Under the pieces are notes generated by a model. The model saw only the letters and a list, made by a program, of their open reading frames with translations, was not told where the DNA came from and made no database searches. From the NCBI GenBank assembly GCA_030141605.1, contig JAQGDQ010000958.1, forward strand, positions 1 through 64,000: a stretch of 64,000 nt of DNA, written 5' to 3'. Source of the stretch: Tubiluchus corallicola (lineage: Eukaryota > Animalia > Priapulida). The number at the start of each line of letters is the position of its first letter. Position 1 is the stretch's first letter. Shown here piece after piece: positions 51,701-62,791 of this stretch. The position numbers were made by a program, and so were the translations under genes.

Positions 51701-54700
51701 TGTGCAAAAATACTTTAAACGGAGTACCGCAAAAACCTGCGAAACAGCGAGCCCGCGATAAACAAACCGTGAAGTAGCAAGGGAACACTGCACTGATGTA
51801 CAAAGTTTGGCTTCATACAGGATGCAAAAGAACTTTTTGACTGGCAAACATTTGGCAAAGATAAAGTATGTAACAAAAAACTTATAAACACATAGTAATG
51901 CAAACAAGCAGGCACGACAAAAAGTCTGCAAGGCGTAATAACCGAGTATGTTGTATTCAAAGCTAATGCACTAGTTAAATGAATTATGAAATTTTGCGGT
52001 GTATACCGGCGCAAAAATCCATGTTCGCAATAAAGATTTAAACAAATCATATTTGTAATTATGATGTTATACTGTATTAATAAAATTACAATAGTTTAGG
52101 ATTTACTTTAAAACAAATAAATAAGACCTGCAAGTGATTTAATTAATGGTCACCCATCCAAGTCCTAACAGCATTACAGTGTCATAACTATTGCATAAAA
52201 TAACTACAATCGTTGAGACAGGCACCCAAGTTTCACATGTACTCACATCTCGGCAATACTGATTAAGCTGAGAATATAAGGAAGCCAGTAATCCTTCTCT
52301 TTCATCTTGTCCTCTTAAACACGTCAAGACAACCGACAGGAAGGGCTGGTGACTCAGCAATGTCGTGCTGCAGAAAGAAAAAACGTTTATCAGATCTAGG
52401 GAACATAACATTGAAATATAATTAAACACACTGACCACCAGCGCCGAAGAACAGCCGGTGAATAACTGTAGTTAACTGGAGAGTGTGAATAACTGTAGTT
52501 AACTGGAGTGTGTGAATAACTGTAGTTGACTGGAGTGTGTGAATAACTGTAGTTAACTGGAGTGCGTGAATAACTGTAGTTAACTGGAGTGTGTGAATAA
52601 CTGTAGTTAACTGGAGTGTGTGAATAACTGTAGTTAACTGGAGTGTGTGAATAACTGTAGTTGACTGGAGTGTGTGAATAACTGTAGTTGACTGGAGTGC
52701 GTGAATAACTGTAGTTAACTGGAGTGTGTGAATAACTGTAGTTAACTGGAGTGTGTGAATAACTGTAGTTAACTGGAGTCTGTGAATAACTGTAGTTAAC
52801 TGGAGTGTGTGAATGACTGTAGTTAACTGGAGTGTGTGAACAACTGTAGTTAACTGGAGTGTGTGAAAGACTGTAGTTAACTGGAGTGTGTGAAAGACTG
52901 TAGTTAACTGGAGTGTGTGAACAACTGTAGTTGACTGGAGCGTGTGAATGACTGTAGTTAACTGGAGTGTGTGAATAACTGTAGTTGACTGGAGTGTGTG
53001 AATAACTGTAGTTAACTGGAGTGTGTGAACAACTGTAGTTAACTGGAGTGTGTGAATAACTGTAGGTGACTGGAGTGTGTGAATAACTGTAGTTAACTGG
53101 AGTGTGTGAATAACTGTAGTTGACTGGAGTGTGTGAATAACTGTAGTTAACTGGAGTGTGTGAATAACTGTAGTTGACTGGAGTGTGTGAATAACTGTAG
53201 TTGACTGGAGTGTGTGAATAACTGTAGTTAACTGGAGTGTGTGAATAACTGTAGTTGACTGGAGTGTGTGAATAACTGTAGTTGACTGGAGTGTGTGAAT
53301 AACTGTAGTTGACTGGAGTGTGTGAATAACTGTAGTTGACTGGAGTGTGTGAATAACTGTAGTTAACTGGAGTGTGTGAATAACTGTAGTTGACTGGAGT
53401 GTGTGAATAACTGTAGTTGACTGGAGTGTGTGAATAACTGTAGTTAACTGGAGTGTGTGAATAACTGTAGTTGACTGGAGTGTGTGAATAACTGTAGTTA
53501 ACTGGAGTGTGTGAATAACTGTAGTTGACTGGAGTGTGTGAATAACTGTAGTTGACTGGAGTGTGTGAATAACTGTAGTTGACTGGAGTGTGTGAATAGC
53601 TGTAGTTGACTGGAGTGCGTGAATAACTGTAGTTAACTGGAGTGCGTGAATAACTGTAGTTAACTGGAGTGCGTGAATAACTGTAGTTAACTGGAGTGCG
53701 TGAATAACTGTAGTTAACTGGAGTGCGTGAATGACTGTAGTTAACTGGAGTGCGTGAATAACTGTAGTTAACTGGAGTGCGTGAATAACTGTAGTTGACT
53801 GGAGTGCGTGAATGACTGTAGTTAACTGGAGTGTGTGAATGACTGTAGTTAACTGGAGTGCGTGAATAACTGTAGTTAACTGGAGTGTGTGAATAACTGT
53901 AGTTAACTGGAGTGTGTGAATAACTGTAGTTAACTGGAGTGTGTGAATAACTGTAGTTAACTGGAGTGTGTGAATAACTGTAGTTAACTGGAGTGTGTGA
54001 ATAACTGTAGTTGACTGGAGTGTGTGAATAACTGTAGTTAACTGGAGTGTGTGAATAACTGTAGTTGACTGGAGTGTGTGAATAACTGTAGTTGACTGGA
54101 GTGCGTGAATAACTGTAGTTAACTGGAGTGTGTGAATAACGGTAGTTAACTGGAGTGTGTGAATAACTGTAGTTAACTGGAGTGTGTGAACAACTGTAGT
54201 TAACTGGAGTGTGTGAATAACTGTAGTTGACTGGAGTGTGTGAACAACTGTAGTTAACTGGAGTGTGTGAATAACTGTAGTTAACTGGAGTGTGTGAATA
54301 ACTGTAGTTAACTGGAGTGTGTGAACAACTGTAGTTAACTGGAGTGTGTGAATAACTGTAGTTAACTGGAGTGTGTGAATAACTGTAGTTGACTGGAGTG
54401 TGTGAATAACTGTAGTTGACTGGAGTGTGTGAATAACTGTAGTTAACTGGAGTGTGTGAATAACTGTAGTTGACTGGAGTGTGTGAATAACTGTAGTTAA
54501 CTGGAGTGTGTGAATAACTGTAGTTGACTGGAGTGTGTGAATAACTGTAGTTAACTGGAGTGTGTGAATAACTGTAGTTAACTGGAGTGTGTGAACAACT
54601 GTAGTTAACTGGAGTGCGTGAATAACTGTAGTTAACTGGAGTGTGTGAACAACTGTAGTTAACTGGAGTGCGTGAATAACTGTAGTTAACTGGAGTGTGT

Positions 54701-57700
54701 GAATAACTGTAGTTGACTGGAGTGTGTGAATAACTGTAGTTGACTGGAGTGTGTGAATAACTGTAGTTAACTGGAGTGTGTGAATAACGGTAGTTGACTG
54801 GAGTGCGTGAATAACTGTAGTTAACTGGAGTGTGTGAACAACTGTAGTTAACTGGAATGCGTGAATAACTGTAGTTAACTGGAGTGTGTGAATAACGGTA
54901 GTTAACTGGAGTGCATGAATAACTGTAGTTAACTGGAGTGCGTGAATAACTGTAGTTAACTGGAGTGCGTGAATAACTGTAGTTGACTGGAGTGCGTGAA
55001 TAACTGTAGTTGACTGGAGTGCGTGAATAACTGTAGTTGACTGGAGTGCGTGATTAACTGTAGTTGACTGGAGTGTGTGAATAACTGTAGTTGACTGGAG
55101 TGGGTGAATGACTGTAGTTAACTGGAGTGCGTGAATAACTGTAGTTAACTGGAGAGCGTGAATGACTGTAGTTAACTGGAGTGCGTGAATAACTGTAGTT
55201 AACTGGAGTGCGTGAACAACTGTAGTTAACTGGAGTGTGTGAACAACTGTAGTTAACTGGAGTGCGTGAACAACTGTAGTTAACTGGAGCGTGTGAATGA
55301 CTGTAGTTAACTGGAGTGCGTGAATAACTGTAGTTAACTGGAGAGCGTGAACGACTGTAGTTAACTGGAGTGCGTGAATAACTGTAGTTAACTGGAGAGC
55401 GTGAACGACTGTAGTTAACTGGAGTGCGTGAATAACTGTAGTTAACTGGAGTGCGTGAACAACTGTAGTTAACTGGAGTGTGTGAACAACTGTAGTTAAC
55501 TGGAGTGTGTGAACAACTGTAGTTAACTGGAGCGTGTGAATGACTGTAGTTAACTGGAGTGTGTGAATAACTGTAGTTAACTGGAGTGTGTGAATAACTG
55601 TAGTTGACTGGAGTGTGTGAATAACTGTAGTTAACTGGAGTGTGTGAATAACTGTAGTTGACTGGAGTGTGTGAATAACTGTAGTTAACTGGAGTGCGTG
55701 AATAACTGTAGTTAACTGGAGTGTGTGAACAACTGTAGTTGACTGGAGTGCGTGAATAACTGTAGTTAACTGGAGTGTGTGAATAACTGTAGTTAACTGG
55801 AGTGTGTGAATATCTGTAGTTAACTGGAGTGTGTGAATAACTGTAGTTAACTGGAGTGCGTGAATAACTGTAGTTGACTGGAGTGTGTGAATGACTGTAG
55901 TTAACTGGAGTGCGTGAACAACTGTAGTTAACTGGAGTGTGTGAACAACTGTAGTTAACTGGAGTGCGTGAATGACTGTAGTTAACTGGAGTGTGTGAAA
56001 ACTGTAGTTAACTGGAGTGTGTGAACAACTGTAGTTAACTGAAGCGTGTGAATAACTGTAGTTAACTGGAGTGCGTGAACAACTGTAGTTCACTGGAGTG
56101 TGTGAATAACTGTAGTTAACTGGAGTGTGTGAATAACTGTAGTTGACTGCAGTGTGTGAATAACTGTAGTTAACTGGAGTGTGTGAATAACTGTAGTTGA
56201 CTGCAGTGTGTGAATAACTGTAGTTAACTGGAGTGCGTGAATAGCTGTAGTTGACTGGAGTGCGTGAATAACTGTAGTTAACTGGAGTGTGTGAATGACT
56301 GTAGTTAACTGGAGTGTGTGAACAACTGTAGTTAACTGGAGCGTGTGGGGAATGACTGTAGTTAACTGAAGTGTGTGAATAACTGTAGTTGACTGCAGTG
56401 TGTGAATAACTGTAGTTAACTGGAGTGCGTGAATAACTGTAGTTAACTGGAGTGTGTGAATAACTGTAGTTGACTGCAGTGTGTGAATAACTGTAGTTGA
56501 CTGCAGTGTGTGAATAAATGTAGTTAACTGGAGTGTGTGAATAACTGTAGTTGACTGGAGTGTGTGAATATCTGTAGTTAACTGGAGTGTGTGAATAACT
56601 GTAGTTAACTGGAGTGCGTGAATAACTGTAGTTGACTGGAGTGTGTGAATAACTGTAGTTAACTGGAGTGTGTGAATAACTGTAGTTATTCAGAAACCTA
56701 GAAAATTCTGGTCACGAGAAAATTTTTAGCATATCAGTATCATCAGTCGTGGTGCAGTTGTATGTGCAATACTGCAACTTACTGCAACTAATAAGTCATA
56801 CGATTAAAATATAATTTAACAGCATACGTTTTCTGCGCCGTCCTGTCCTTATCTTTCTTGGACGATGACGATGTCCAGTTGCCGCTCTCTAACACCTGTC
56901 CGGCCACTTTTAACACTTTGCCCTGCACTTTTTCCGGCAATTTTGAGATGAGAGGTGCGACTAGCCAGATGTTGGCTTTCTCTTGATCAGATCTGAATTA
57001 CAGCAAAAGTGACTCAGTCAAGTTGACCGAATGTGCAGTAGAAAACGGAAGTGATTGTTGTCAGACTTCTATTTAAAGATATTAGTTTCTTTTGCAGGAA
57101 AAAATTGTGCTCAGCCAGGGCTTGAACCTGCAACTTTCTGCTTACAAAGCAATGCTTCACCAATCAATTTCTTCAGAACTGTAAGAGTTTGTTGCACTTT
57201 GCCATGGGTTCATGGAAAAATGCTATCATTCAGCAATGATTATATTATATTTGATAACTTTTTGTAGGTTTCTATTCCTCACACAATGGATTTTCATGCA
57301 AAATTACACATGAAATGCATTTGCTTACCTAAGACACATAAAAAAAATGATTATTTAATAGAAAATTGAAAAAAGCTTTCAGTAACTGCAGCGTTTGCAC
57401 TAAAACAATGAACAGTATCACTTGGGTGAAATTGGCTAATGCAGAAAATTTCAATTATCCATACACAACACTGTGATACACTTTGGCCTCAAGTCTATTC
57501 TTTTTCAAAAAGAAATTCCTGTTAAAAGATGAAACAACCTTAATTTGTCCTTGGCTGATTGGTTGGTTTTTCCTGGAAAAGCAGCAGAACACTGCACAGC
57601 TTGGGCTGTAGCAAGCAGACAATCAATAAATTAGTGTGTAGGGTCACACAAATGTAAACCAGACTAAGCTACTTGATAGCCTAAGTCCGAGTGTCTGAAA

Positions 57701-58448
57701 AGGACATGGTTTTTTCGTAATTTTATCCAATTTAACCAGACAGTTTAGTCTAGTGGTAATACGTCTGCTTTCCGTCTGGAAGGTCGTGAGTTCGAACCAG
57801 CGGCCGAGTCATACCAAAGACATTAAAAATGGTACCTGTTGTTGCCCTGTCTAACGCGTGTTATTTAGGGTAAAAGTTAGGTAATAAAAGTCTCTGTTAT
57901 GCAGTTGTTAATTGTTTGATAACAGCTCTTTGAGCTAATGTTACTTGCTGAACCAAAAGCCGACATTAAATAAAGATTATTATTATTATTATTATTACTA
58001 AATCACTTATATATGTTTAAACAAATATCATTATTGGATAGCCGATTTCTCCTGAATAGAACAGTACCTAATTTGAATCATTTAGCTATGTCTGTGCTCA
58101 TACAGTAGCAGAAAATTCTTAGGTTTTATAAGACCTATTTTGAATGGTGCAGTTCTGAAGGTGTTAAGCCACATTTGGTAAATAAAACAACATTTTTAAA
58201 TATTTAGTATTTAATAATTTACACTTGAATCAATGTCTTACTTTTCACTCGTCTCCACGCCGCCCTTTGATGTTTTATCGCGACCTTTTCCTCGGTCATC
58301 AGACTGCTGTTGTTGAAACACCTCTATGGTGCACTTGGCTATCGTGTCCATTAGGCTATTTTTCTCCTCTGATGGACACTGTTTCAACATGAGCTGCAGT
58401 TCCAGCATGGATACCCGCATGCTCCACAGGTCCAGGTTTTGAAGTATC
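33661..58448 (-). CDS. MED12: Mediator subunit MED12 (kohtalo), 3' part of spliced CDS (~765 aa in 15 exons; 5' exons outside the window)
   Basis: 15 GT-AG exons with consistent phases. Recognisable MED12 segments: [114 protein letters not shown], followed by a P/Q-rich tail. Confidence 0.95.
34042..34172 (-). CDS. MED12: MED12 exon (Q-rich)
   Basis: tttag|[15 protein letters not shown]...QQQQMANA|gtattt. Confidence 0.82.
34225..34533. repeat. ~52-bp G-run minisatellite, 6 copies
   Basis: Unit gctgggtcataagcatctaggcatgtccacgacaggatccc(g)n. Confidence 0.93.
34916..35108 (-). CDS. MED12: MED12 exon (Q-rich)
   Basis: gtcag|[13 protein letters not shown]...QMPQQT|gtactt. Confidence 0.82.
36414..36871. 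mobile_element. Tc1/mariner-type MITE
   Basis: TA|cactcatatctcggtttg...caaaccgagatatgagtg|TA, with a perfect 18-bp TIR. Confidence 0.85.
37209..37377 (-). CDS. MED12: MED12 exon (Q-rich)
   Basis: cacag|[20 protein letters not shown]...|gtacgt. Confidence 0.83.
37546..37914 (+). mobile_element. MITE family, Harbinger-like, copy 2
   Basis: TIRs agcctcttcacagttcc...ggaaactgttaaaaggct. Confidence 0.72.
38076..38227 (-). CDS. MED12: MED12 exon
   Basis: tacag|GGPKFER...[15 protein letters not shown]...|gtaaca. Confidence 0.85.
38316..38762 (+). repeat. 45-bp minisatellite, 10 copies, encoding [14 protein letters not shown]
   Basis: cataatc recurs every 45 bp from 38321 to 38726. Confidence 0.95.
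38866..38914 (+). pseudogene. degenerate 5S rRNA-like (SINE3-type) fragment
   Basis: gaagttaagcaaggt...tagggtgggtgact resembles the 5S A and C boxes. A related minus-strand piece lies at 52148-52170 (ggtcacccatccaagtcctaac). Confidence 0.35.
39137..39663 (+). mobile_element. Tigger/pogo-like non-autonomous element with a transposase HTH relic
   Basis: TA|cagtgttccctc...gagggaacactg|TA. 39473-39529 encodes [19 protein letters not shown] (CENP-B/psq-type HTH). Confidence 0.88.
41549..41684 (-). CDS. MED12: MED12 exon (PQ-rich)
   Basis: tttag|[19 protein letters not shown]...FYQQPLPP|gtataa. Confidence 0.82.
41738..42334 (+). mobile_element. Kolobok-like non-autonomous DNA transposon
   Basis: TTAA|AGGAAAAC...GTCTTCCT|TTAA. 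Shares internal blocks with 6705-7616 and 18770-19250. Confidence 0.75.
42621..42776 (-). CDS. MED12: MED12 exon (basic, NLS-like)
   Basis: ttcag|[13 protein letters not shown]...[16 protein letters not shown]...|gtacgt, phase 0-0. Confidence 0.82.
42854..42871 (-). CDS. MED12: possible 18-nt MED12 microexon (HHQQNT)
   Basis: tgtag|CACCACCAGCAAAACACG|gtaaac is frame-preserving (phase 0-0), but there is no homology support. Confidence 0.3.
42946..43334. mobile_element. hAT-type MITE
   Basis: caggggt...acccctg termini, 8-bp TSD atttacat/atttacaa. Confidence 0.75.
43848..44551. repeat. 44-bp minisatellite, ~16 copies
   Basis: Unit ttttccggcccgtgtttggctcagattacagagtacacgagaca. Confidence 0.97.
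44742..44987 (-). CDS. MED12: MED12 exon
   Basis: ctcag|[31 protein letters not shown]...[12 protein letters not shown]...|gtaagt. Confidence 0.94.
45114..45365. repeat. (TGGTA)n/(TAGTA)n microsatellite
   Basis: Read directly from the sequence. Confidence 0.98.
45439..45600 (-). CDS. MED12: MED12 exon
   Basis: ctcag|KETC...KQLLPL...[25 protein letters not shown]|gtaagt. Confidence 0.93.
45761..46783. repeat. 93-bp tandem array, 11 copies
   Basis: cggttactctacagtgacg recurs every 93 bp. Confidence 0.97.
47181..47430. repeat. degenerate trinucleotide (GTT/GCT/TAT)n tract
   Basis: Read directly from the sequence. Confidence 0.92.
47869..48016 (-). CDS. MED12: MED12 exon (its acceptor and first ~56 nt are tandemly amplified upstream)
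   Basis: tctag|[20 protein letters not shown]...[12 protein letters not shown]|gtaagt. Only this acceptor keeps the frame open. Confidence 0.88.
47960..49080 (-). repeat. ~81-bp array made of a MED12 acceptor plus exon start, 14 units
   Basis: ctagataaaa (acceptor on the minus strand) at 48017, 48097, 48179, 48260, 48341, 48422, 48501, 48581, 48661, 48743, 48824, 48905, 48986 and 49067. Confidence 0.96.
49297..49740. mobile_element. Tigger-like MITE
   Basis: TA|cagtagtacctc...tatgactg|TA, with degenerate subterminal gttcga/aaaccga repeats. Confidence 0.6.
49835..49944 (-). CDS. MED12: MED12 exon
   Basis: attag|[26 protein letters not shown]...|gtcagt. Confidence 0.9.
49992..50394 (+). mobile_element. 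MITE family, Harbinger-like, copy 3
   Basis: TIRs agccttttcacagtt...aactgtgaaaaggct. Confidence 0.75.
50477..50551 (-). CDS. MED12: MED12 exon
   Basis: tttag|[25 protein letters not shown]|gtaagt. Confidence 0.9.
50659..51115 (-). mobile_element. piggyBac-like MITE, copy 3
   Basis: TTAA TSD and CCCTTTCA TIRs. Same orientation as copy 2. Confidence 0.88.
51189..51790 (-). mobile_element. Tigger/pogo-like element, inverted copy of the same family
   Basis: Same TIRs. Both ends are near-identical to 39137-39663, but the middle differs. Confidence 0.87.
52247..52367 (-). CDS. MED12: MED12 exon
   Basis: tgcag|[34 protein letters not shown]...|gtgagt. Confidence 0.93.
52459..56688. repeat. 27-bp minisatellite, ~156 copies
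   Basis: Unit gtgaataactgtagttaactggagtgt. It fills ~95% of the MED12 intron 52368-56827. Confidence 0.98.
56828..56992 (-). CDS. MED12: MED12 exon
   Basis: ttcag|...[33 protein letters not shown]...|gtatgc. Confidence 0.93.
57736..58000 (+). mobile_element. tRNA-derived SINE, copy 2
   Basis: A box tagtctagtggt, B box gagttcgaacc, conserved-looking core ccgagtcataccaaagacattaaaaatggtacc, and an (ATT)n tail. Confidence 0.8.
58242..58448 (-). CDS. MED12: MED12 exon
   Basis: ttcag|[23 protein letters not shown]...|gtaaga. Confidence 0.92.
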
Positions 58449-58742
58449 CTGAAATAATATCATTTTTATGCGCATCATCACAGACAAAGCTAGTGGAAGC
58501 TTAAGAGTAAGACGGATCGGATAAAAATACGCGTTCAGAAAAATATAACTAATTTGCTGGCAGCACAAAGTATCTGTCGATGTAATTCTTGAACCGAGGT
58601 TTTAGTTTACAGAGAAACAATTTTTGAGTACACAATTCCACAAATAAGAAAACCTGGAAAAAATAGATTTATAAGCAGCTATAGTACAACAAGGAAAGTC
58701 TAGTGTACAACTATGAGAAGCAGCAAAATGCGGGTGCATTTC

Positions 58743-60725
58743 GTAACTTTGCTATCAATGTTTGTAACACCGAACCTTGTCATATTAAGATCTGCCGTAA
58801 CTTTGCTATCAATGTTTGTAACACCGAACCTTGTCATATTAAGATCAGCTGTAACTTTGCTATCAATGTTTGTAACATTGAACCTTGTCATATTAAGATC
58901 AGCTGTAACTTTGCTATCAATGTTTGTAACATTGAATCTTGGTGCATTAAGATCAGCAGTAACTTTGCTATCAATGTTTGTAACACCGAACCTTGTCATA
59001 TTAAGATCAGCTGTAACTTTGCTATCAATGTTTGTAACACCGAACCTTGTCATATTAAGATCAGCTGTAACTTTGCTATCAATGTTTGTAACATTGAATC
59101 TTGGCGTATTAAGATCAGCTGTAACTTTGCTATCAATGTTTGTAACATTGAATCTTGGTGTATTAAGAGCAGCAGTAACTTTGCTATCAATGTTTGTAAC
59201 ATTGAATCTTGTCATATTAAGATCAGCTGTAACTTTGCTATCAATGTTTGTAACACCGAACCTTGTCATATTAAGATCAGCTGTAACTTTGCTATCAATG
59301 TTTGTAAGACTGAATCTTGGCGTGTTAAGATCTGCTGTAACTTTGCTATCAATGTTTGTAACATTGAATCTTGTCATATTAAGATCAGCTGTAACTTTGC
59401 TATCAATGTTTGTAACATTGAATCTTGGTGTATTAAGAGCAGCAGTAACTTTGCTATCAATGTTTGTAACATTGAATCTTGTCATATTAAGATCAGCTGT
59501 AACTTTGCTATCAATGTTTGTAACACCGAACCTTGTCATATTAAGATCAGCTGTAACTTTGCTATCAATGTTTGTAACATTGAATCTTGGCGTATTAAGA
59601 TCAGCTGTAACTTTGCTATCAATGTTTGTAACATTGAATCTTTGCGTATTAAGAGCAGCAGTAACTTTGCTATCAATGTTTGTAACATTGAATCTTGTCA
59701 TATTAAGATCAGCTGTAACTTTGCTATCAATGTTTGTAACACTGAATCTTGGCATATTAAGATCAGCTGTAACTTTGCTATCAATGTTTGTAACATTGAA
59801 TCTTGGCATATTAAGATCTGTCGTAACTTTGCTATCAATGTTTGTAACATTGAATCTTGGCATATTAAGATCAGCTGTAACTTTGCTATCAATGTTTGTA
59901 ACATTGAATCTTGTCATATTAAGATCTGCCGTAACTTTGCTATCAATGTTTGTAACATTGAATCTTGGCGTATTAAGATCAGCAGTAACTTTGCTATCAA
60001 TGTTTGTAACACTGAATCTTGGCATATTAAGATCAGCTGTAACTTTGCTATCAATGTTTGTAACATTGAATCTTGGCGTATTAAGATCAGCTGTAACTTT
60101 GCTATCAATGTTTGTAACATTGAATCTTTGCGTATTAAGATCTGCCGTAACTTTGCTATCAATGTTTGTAACATTGAATCTTGGTGTATTAAGAGCAGCA
60201 GTAACTTTGCTATCAATGTTTGTAACATTGAATCTTGGCGTATCAAGAGCAGCAGTAACTTTGCTATCAATGTTTGTAACATTGAATCTTGGCGTATCAA
60301 GAGCAGCAGTAACTTTGCTATCAATGTTTGTAACATTGAATCTTGGTGTATTAAGATCAGCAGTAACTTTGCTATCAATGTTTGTAAGACTGAATCTTGG
60401 CATGTTAACATCCGCCGTAACTTTGCTATCAATGTTTGTAACATTGAATCTTGTCATACTAAGATCTGCCGTAACTTTGCTATCAATGTTTGTAACATTG
60501 AATCTTGGCGTATTAAGATCAGCAGTAACTTTGCTATCAATGTTTGTAAGACTGAATCTTGGCGTGTTAAGATCTGCTGTAACTTTGCTATCAATGTTTG
60601 TAACATTGAATCTTGGCGTACTAAGATCTGTCGTAACTTTGCTATCAATGTTTGAACACTGAATCTTGGTGCATTAAGATCTGCTGTAACTTTGCTATCA
60701 ATGTTTGTAAGACTGAATTTTGGTG
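58743..60725. repeat. 54-bp minisatellite, ~36 copies (cassette copy 1)
   Basis: Unit gtaactttgctatcaatgtttgtaacattgaatcttggcgtattaagatcagct. Confidence 0.98.
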
Positions 60726-61364
60726 TGGGCTTTCAGCTGGAATCTGTGGTGTATGAGAAGTTGTCACTTTTTATTGTGCCAAATTTACACGCTTGAAATG
60801 AGTCAATGAATTCAGTATAACAACCATTTGGTTTACCAGTGCAGATGCTTCTTTTAGTGCGGACAGTGAAAGGGGTTCGAGGCGGAAACTCTAAAATCAA
60901 AGAACTACTTGCATTCAACAGGTCTTCAGAGACCATTTAGCAGACAGAATAAACAAACAGAGCAGGTAACTAATTGTTTGCTAAGTGTCAGCGCTGGCAA
61001 TAGAAAGTGAACAGCACAATGTTGAACTAACAAAGTACACACACGTGCAAACATACATATATCCATTTGGAAATAGGCAAACTATATTTACAATGGCAGA
61101 CAAACAAAGATGACTTCGCATCAAACAGCATCCATGTTATTTCATTGTTATTTCATCACTCTGACACGGTGACAGCCTGTCACGATACCAATTACAACAG
61201 AAAACATGTTCTCATTAGATAGTGAATATCTCTTTGCTGTTATTGTACATCCTAGTTGGTAGATACAATCACAAGAAATGTGTAAATTTGTATGACACAT
61301 TAGGAATCAAGTCAGTCTAGACTTGAACTTGAGTACAAACAGAAAACCACACAGCAGAAATTTC

Positions 61365-62312
61365 ATGGCAGTTAACAACAACACGAATCTGATACCAACT
61401 GATAACATTCAAGCTGCTATTGATATCTTCTCAATTGTCTTGGGCATTGCTATCATCACTTGCAATGGCTTCGTAGTGTACGTCATTACAAGAAGCCATA
61501 GTTTACATAAGCCTCTCTACTACGTACTGGGAAATTTGGCTGTGGCTGATGCATTATCTGGTTTTTGTCTTGTCCTTCAGACAATCTCATTCAGAACTAT
61601 CAATTTAACGAAAGGTAATGTCATACTTTGTGGAGCGCTGTTTACTATTCCACACACATCAATCGTCAATTCTGTATTATTCTATTTCCTTGCCACGATC
61701 GAAAGATTCGCGAGCATCGTGTATCTGTTTCGTTATCACGTCTGGTTTTCCGACTATCGAGTCAAAATCTATTTGGTTTTGTTGTGGACTGATGCACTGG
61801 TATTCAGCTCAACAAATTTTATTATCTACATTTTTACCACAGAAGAGATCTTACACAAATGTATGCCACAGCAGGATGAAGCTTACAAAACTTTCGTCTT
61901 TTACATGGTAATTACCTTTCTTCCCGTGATGGTAGGTGGGTTTACCTGCATCTATGTCGTGCTTTTGAAAACGGCTTTAAAACAGCTAAGAGCAATAGAA
62001 AGTGCAATTCCCGCGAATCATGCTCAGACGGGACATCACCGTTCGAGGCAAATCATATCTAGACTTCGTGCACGACTCAAGCCCATCAAGTCTGTGACAA
62101 TCATAGTAGTCCTATTCTTACTGTGTTATTTGCCAGTGGATATGACGTTTATTGTACTGTACATCAAAGGCGAAACAGCGACGATTAACACCGGTAATTA
62201 TCTTTGGTTTTTGCTGCCGGCGTATTGTAACTCGCTGGCTAATGTGTTTGTGTACGTGGCAAAGCTAGATGAATTCCGCAGTGAAATTAAAAGAAGATTC
62301 GCTATCCAGTAA
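61365..62312 (+). CDS. single-exon class A (rhodopsin-like) 7TM GPCR, 315 aa, antisense within the MED12 locus
   Basis: Seven hydrophobic segments. TM1 CN, TM2 NLAVAD, TM3 ERF, TM4 W, TM6 FLLCYLP, TM7 NSLANVFVY, helix 8 EFR, N-terminal sequon NNT. First ATG at 61365. Confidence 0.92.
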   Translation: MAVNNNTNLIPTDNIQAAIDIFSIVLGIAIITCNGFVVYVITRSHSLHKPLYYVLGNLAVADALSGFCLVLQTISFRTINLTKGNVILCGALFTIPHTSIVNSVLFYFLATIERFASIVYLFRYHVWFSDYRVKIYLVLLWTDALVFSSTNFIIYIFTTEEILHKCMPQQDEAYKTFVFYMVITFLPVMVGGFTCIYVVLLKTALKQLRAIESAIPANHAQTGHHRSRQIISRLRARLKPIKSVTIIVVLFLLCYLPVDMTFIVLYIKGETATINTGNYLWFLLPAYCNSLANVFVYVAKLDEFRSEIKRRFAIQ

Positions 62313-62791
62313 AGAAGCCAAACAAAACTTGGTTAAGAAGAAAGACGGGGCAATAATAACAAAAAAAAGCATCACTGATATCAGGATAGTCACATGAACT
62401 CTTTTATGGAACAAATCTGATTCCTCTTCTAAAATGAAACAATCCTCCCTCGCTTACTAGAAACCAACAGACGTCCCTTTCAGTTGTACATGAGCTGAAT
62501 GAGGTGAATTTTAACTACGTCACGCAAAATGCATTAAAAATCATTTATTTAATAATTTAATAATCATAAGATATGAGGACAAACGATTACAAAAATAGAG
62601 TAACTGACGGCACAAAGTATCTGTTGATGTGATTCTTGAACCAAGGTTTTAGTTTACAGAGAAACAATTTCTTACTACAGAATTCCACAAATAAGAAGAC
62701 CGGGAAAAAATCATGATTTATAAGCAGCTATAATACAACTAGGAATGTCTAGTGTAAGACTTTGAGAAGCAGCAAAATACGGGTGCATTTC

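Noticed and set aside
52422-56093. 1223-aa ORF (TTVIHTLQL)n
   Set aside because: It is a stop-free reading of a 27-bp intronic minisatellite. The flanking MED12 exons join in phase without it.
57105-57165. tRNA-like B-box sequences here and at ~12910-12945
   Set aside because: Degenerate with no cloverleaf; SINE-head relics at most.
58700-60662. 585-650-aa ORFs in several frames, superficially like repeat proteins
   Set aside because: The 54-bp unit is open in several frames on both strands. The upstream extension hits TGA at 60733 and a frameshift at ~60653, and there is no unique domain.
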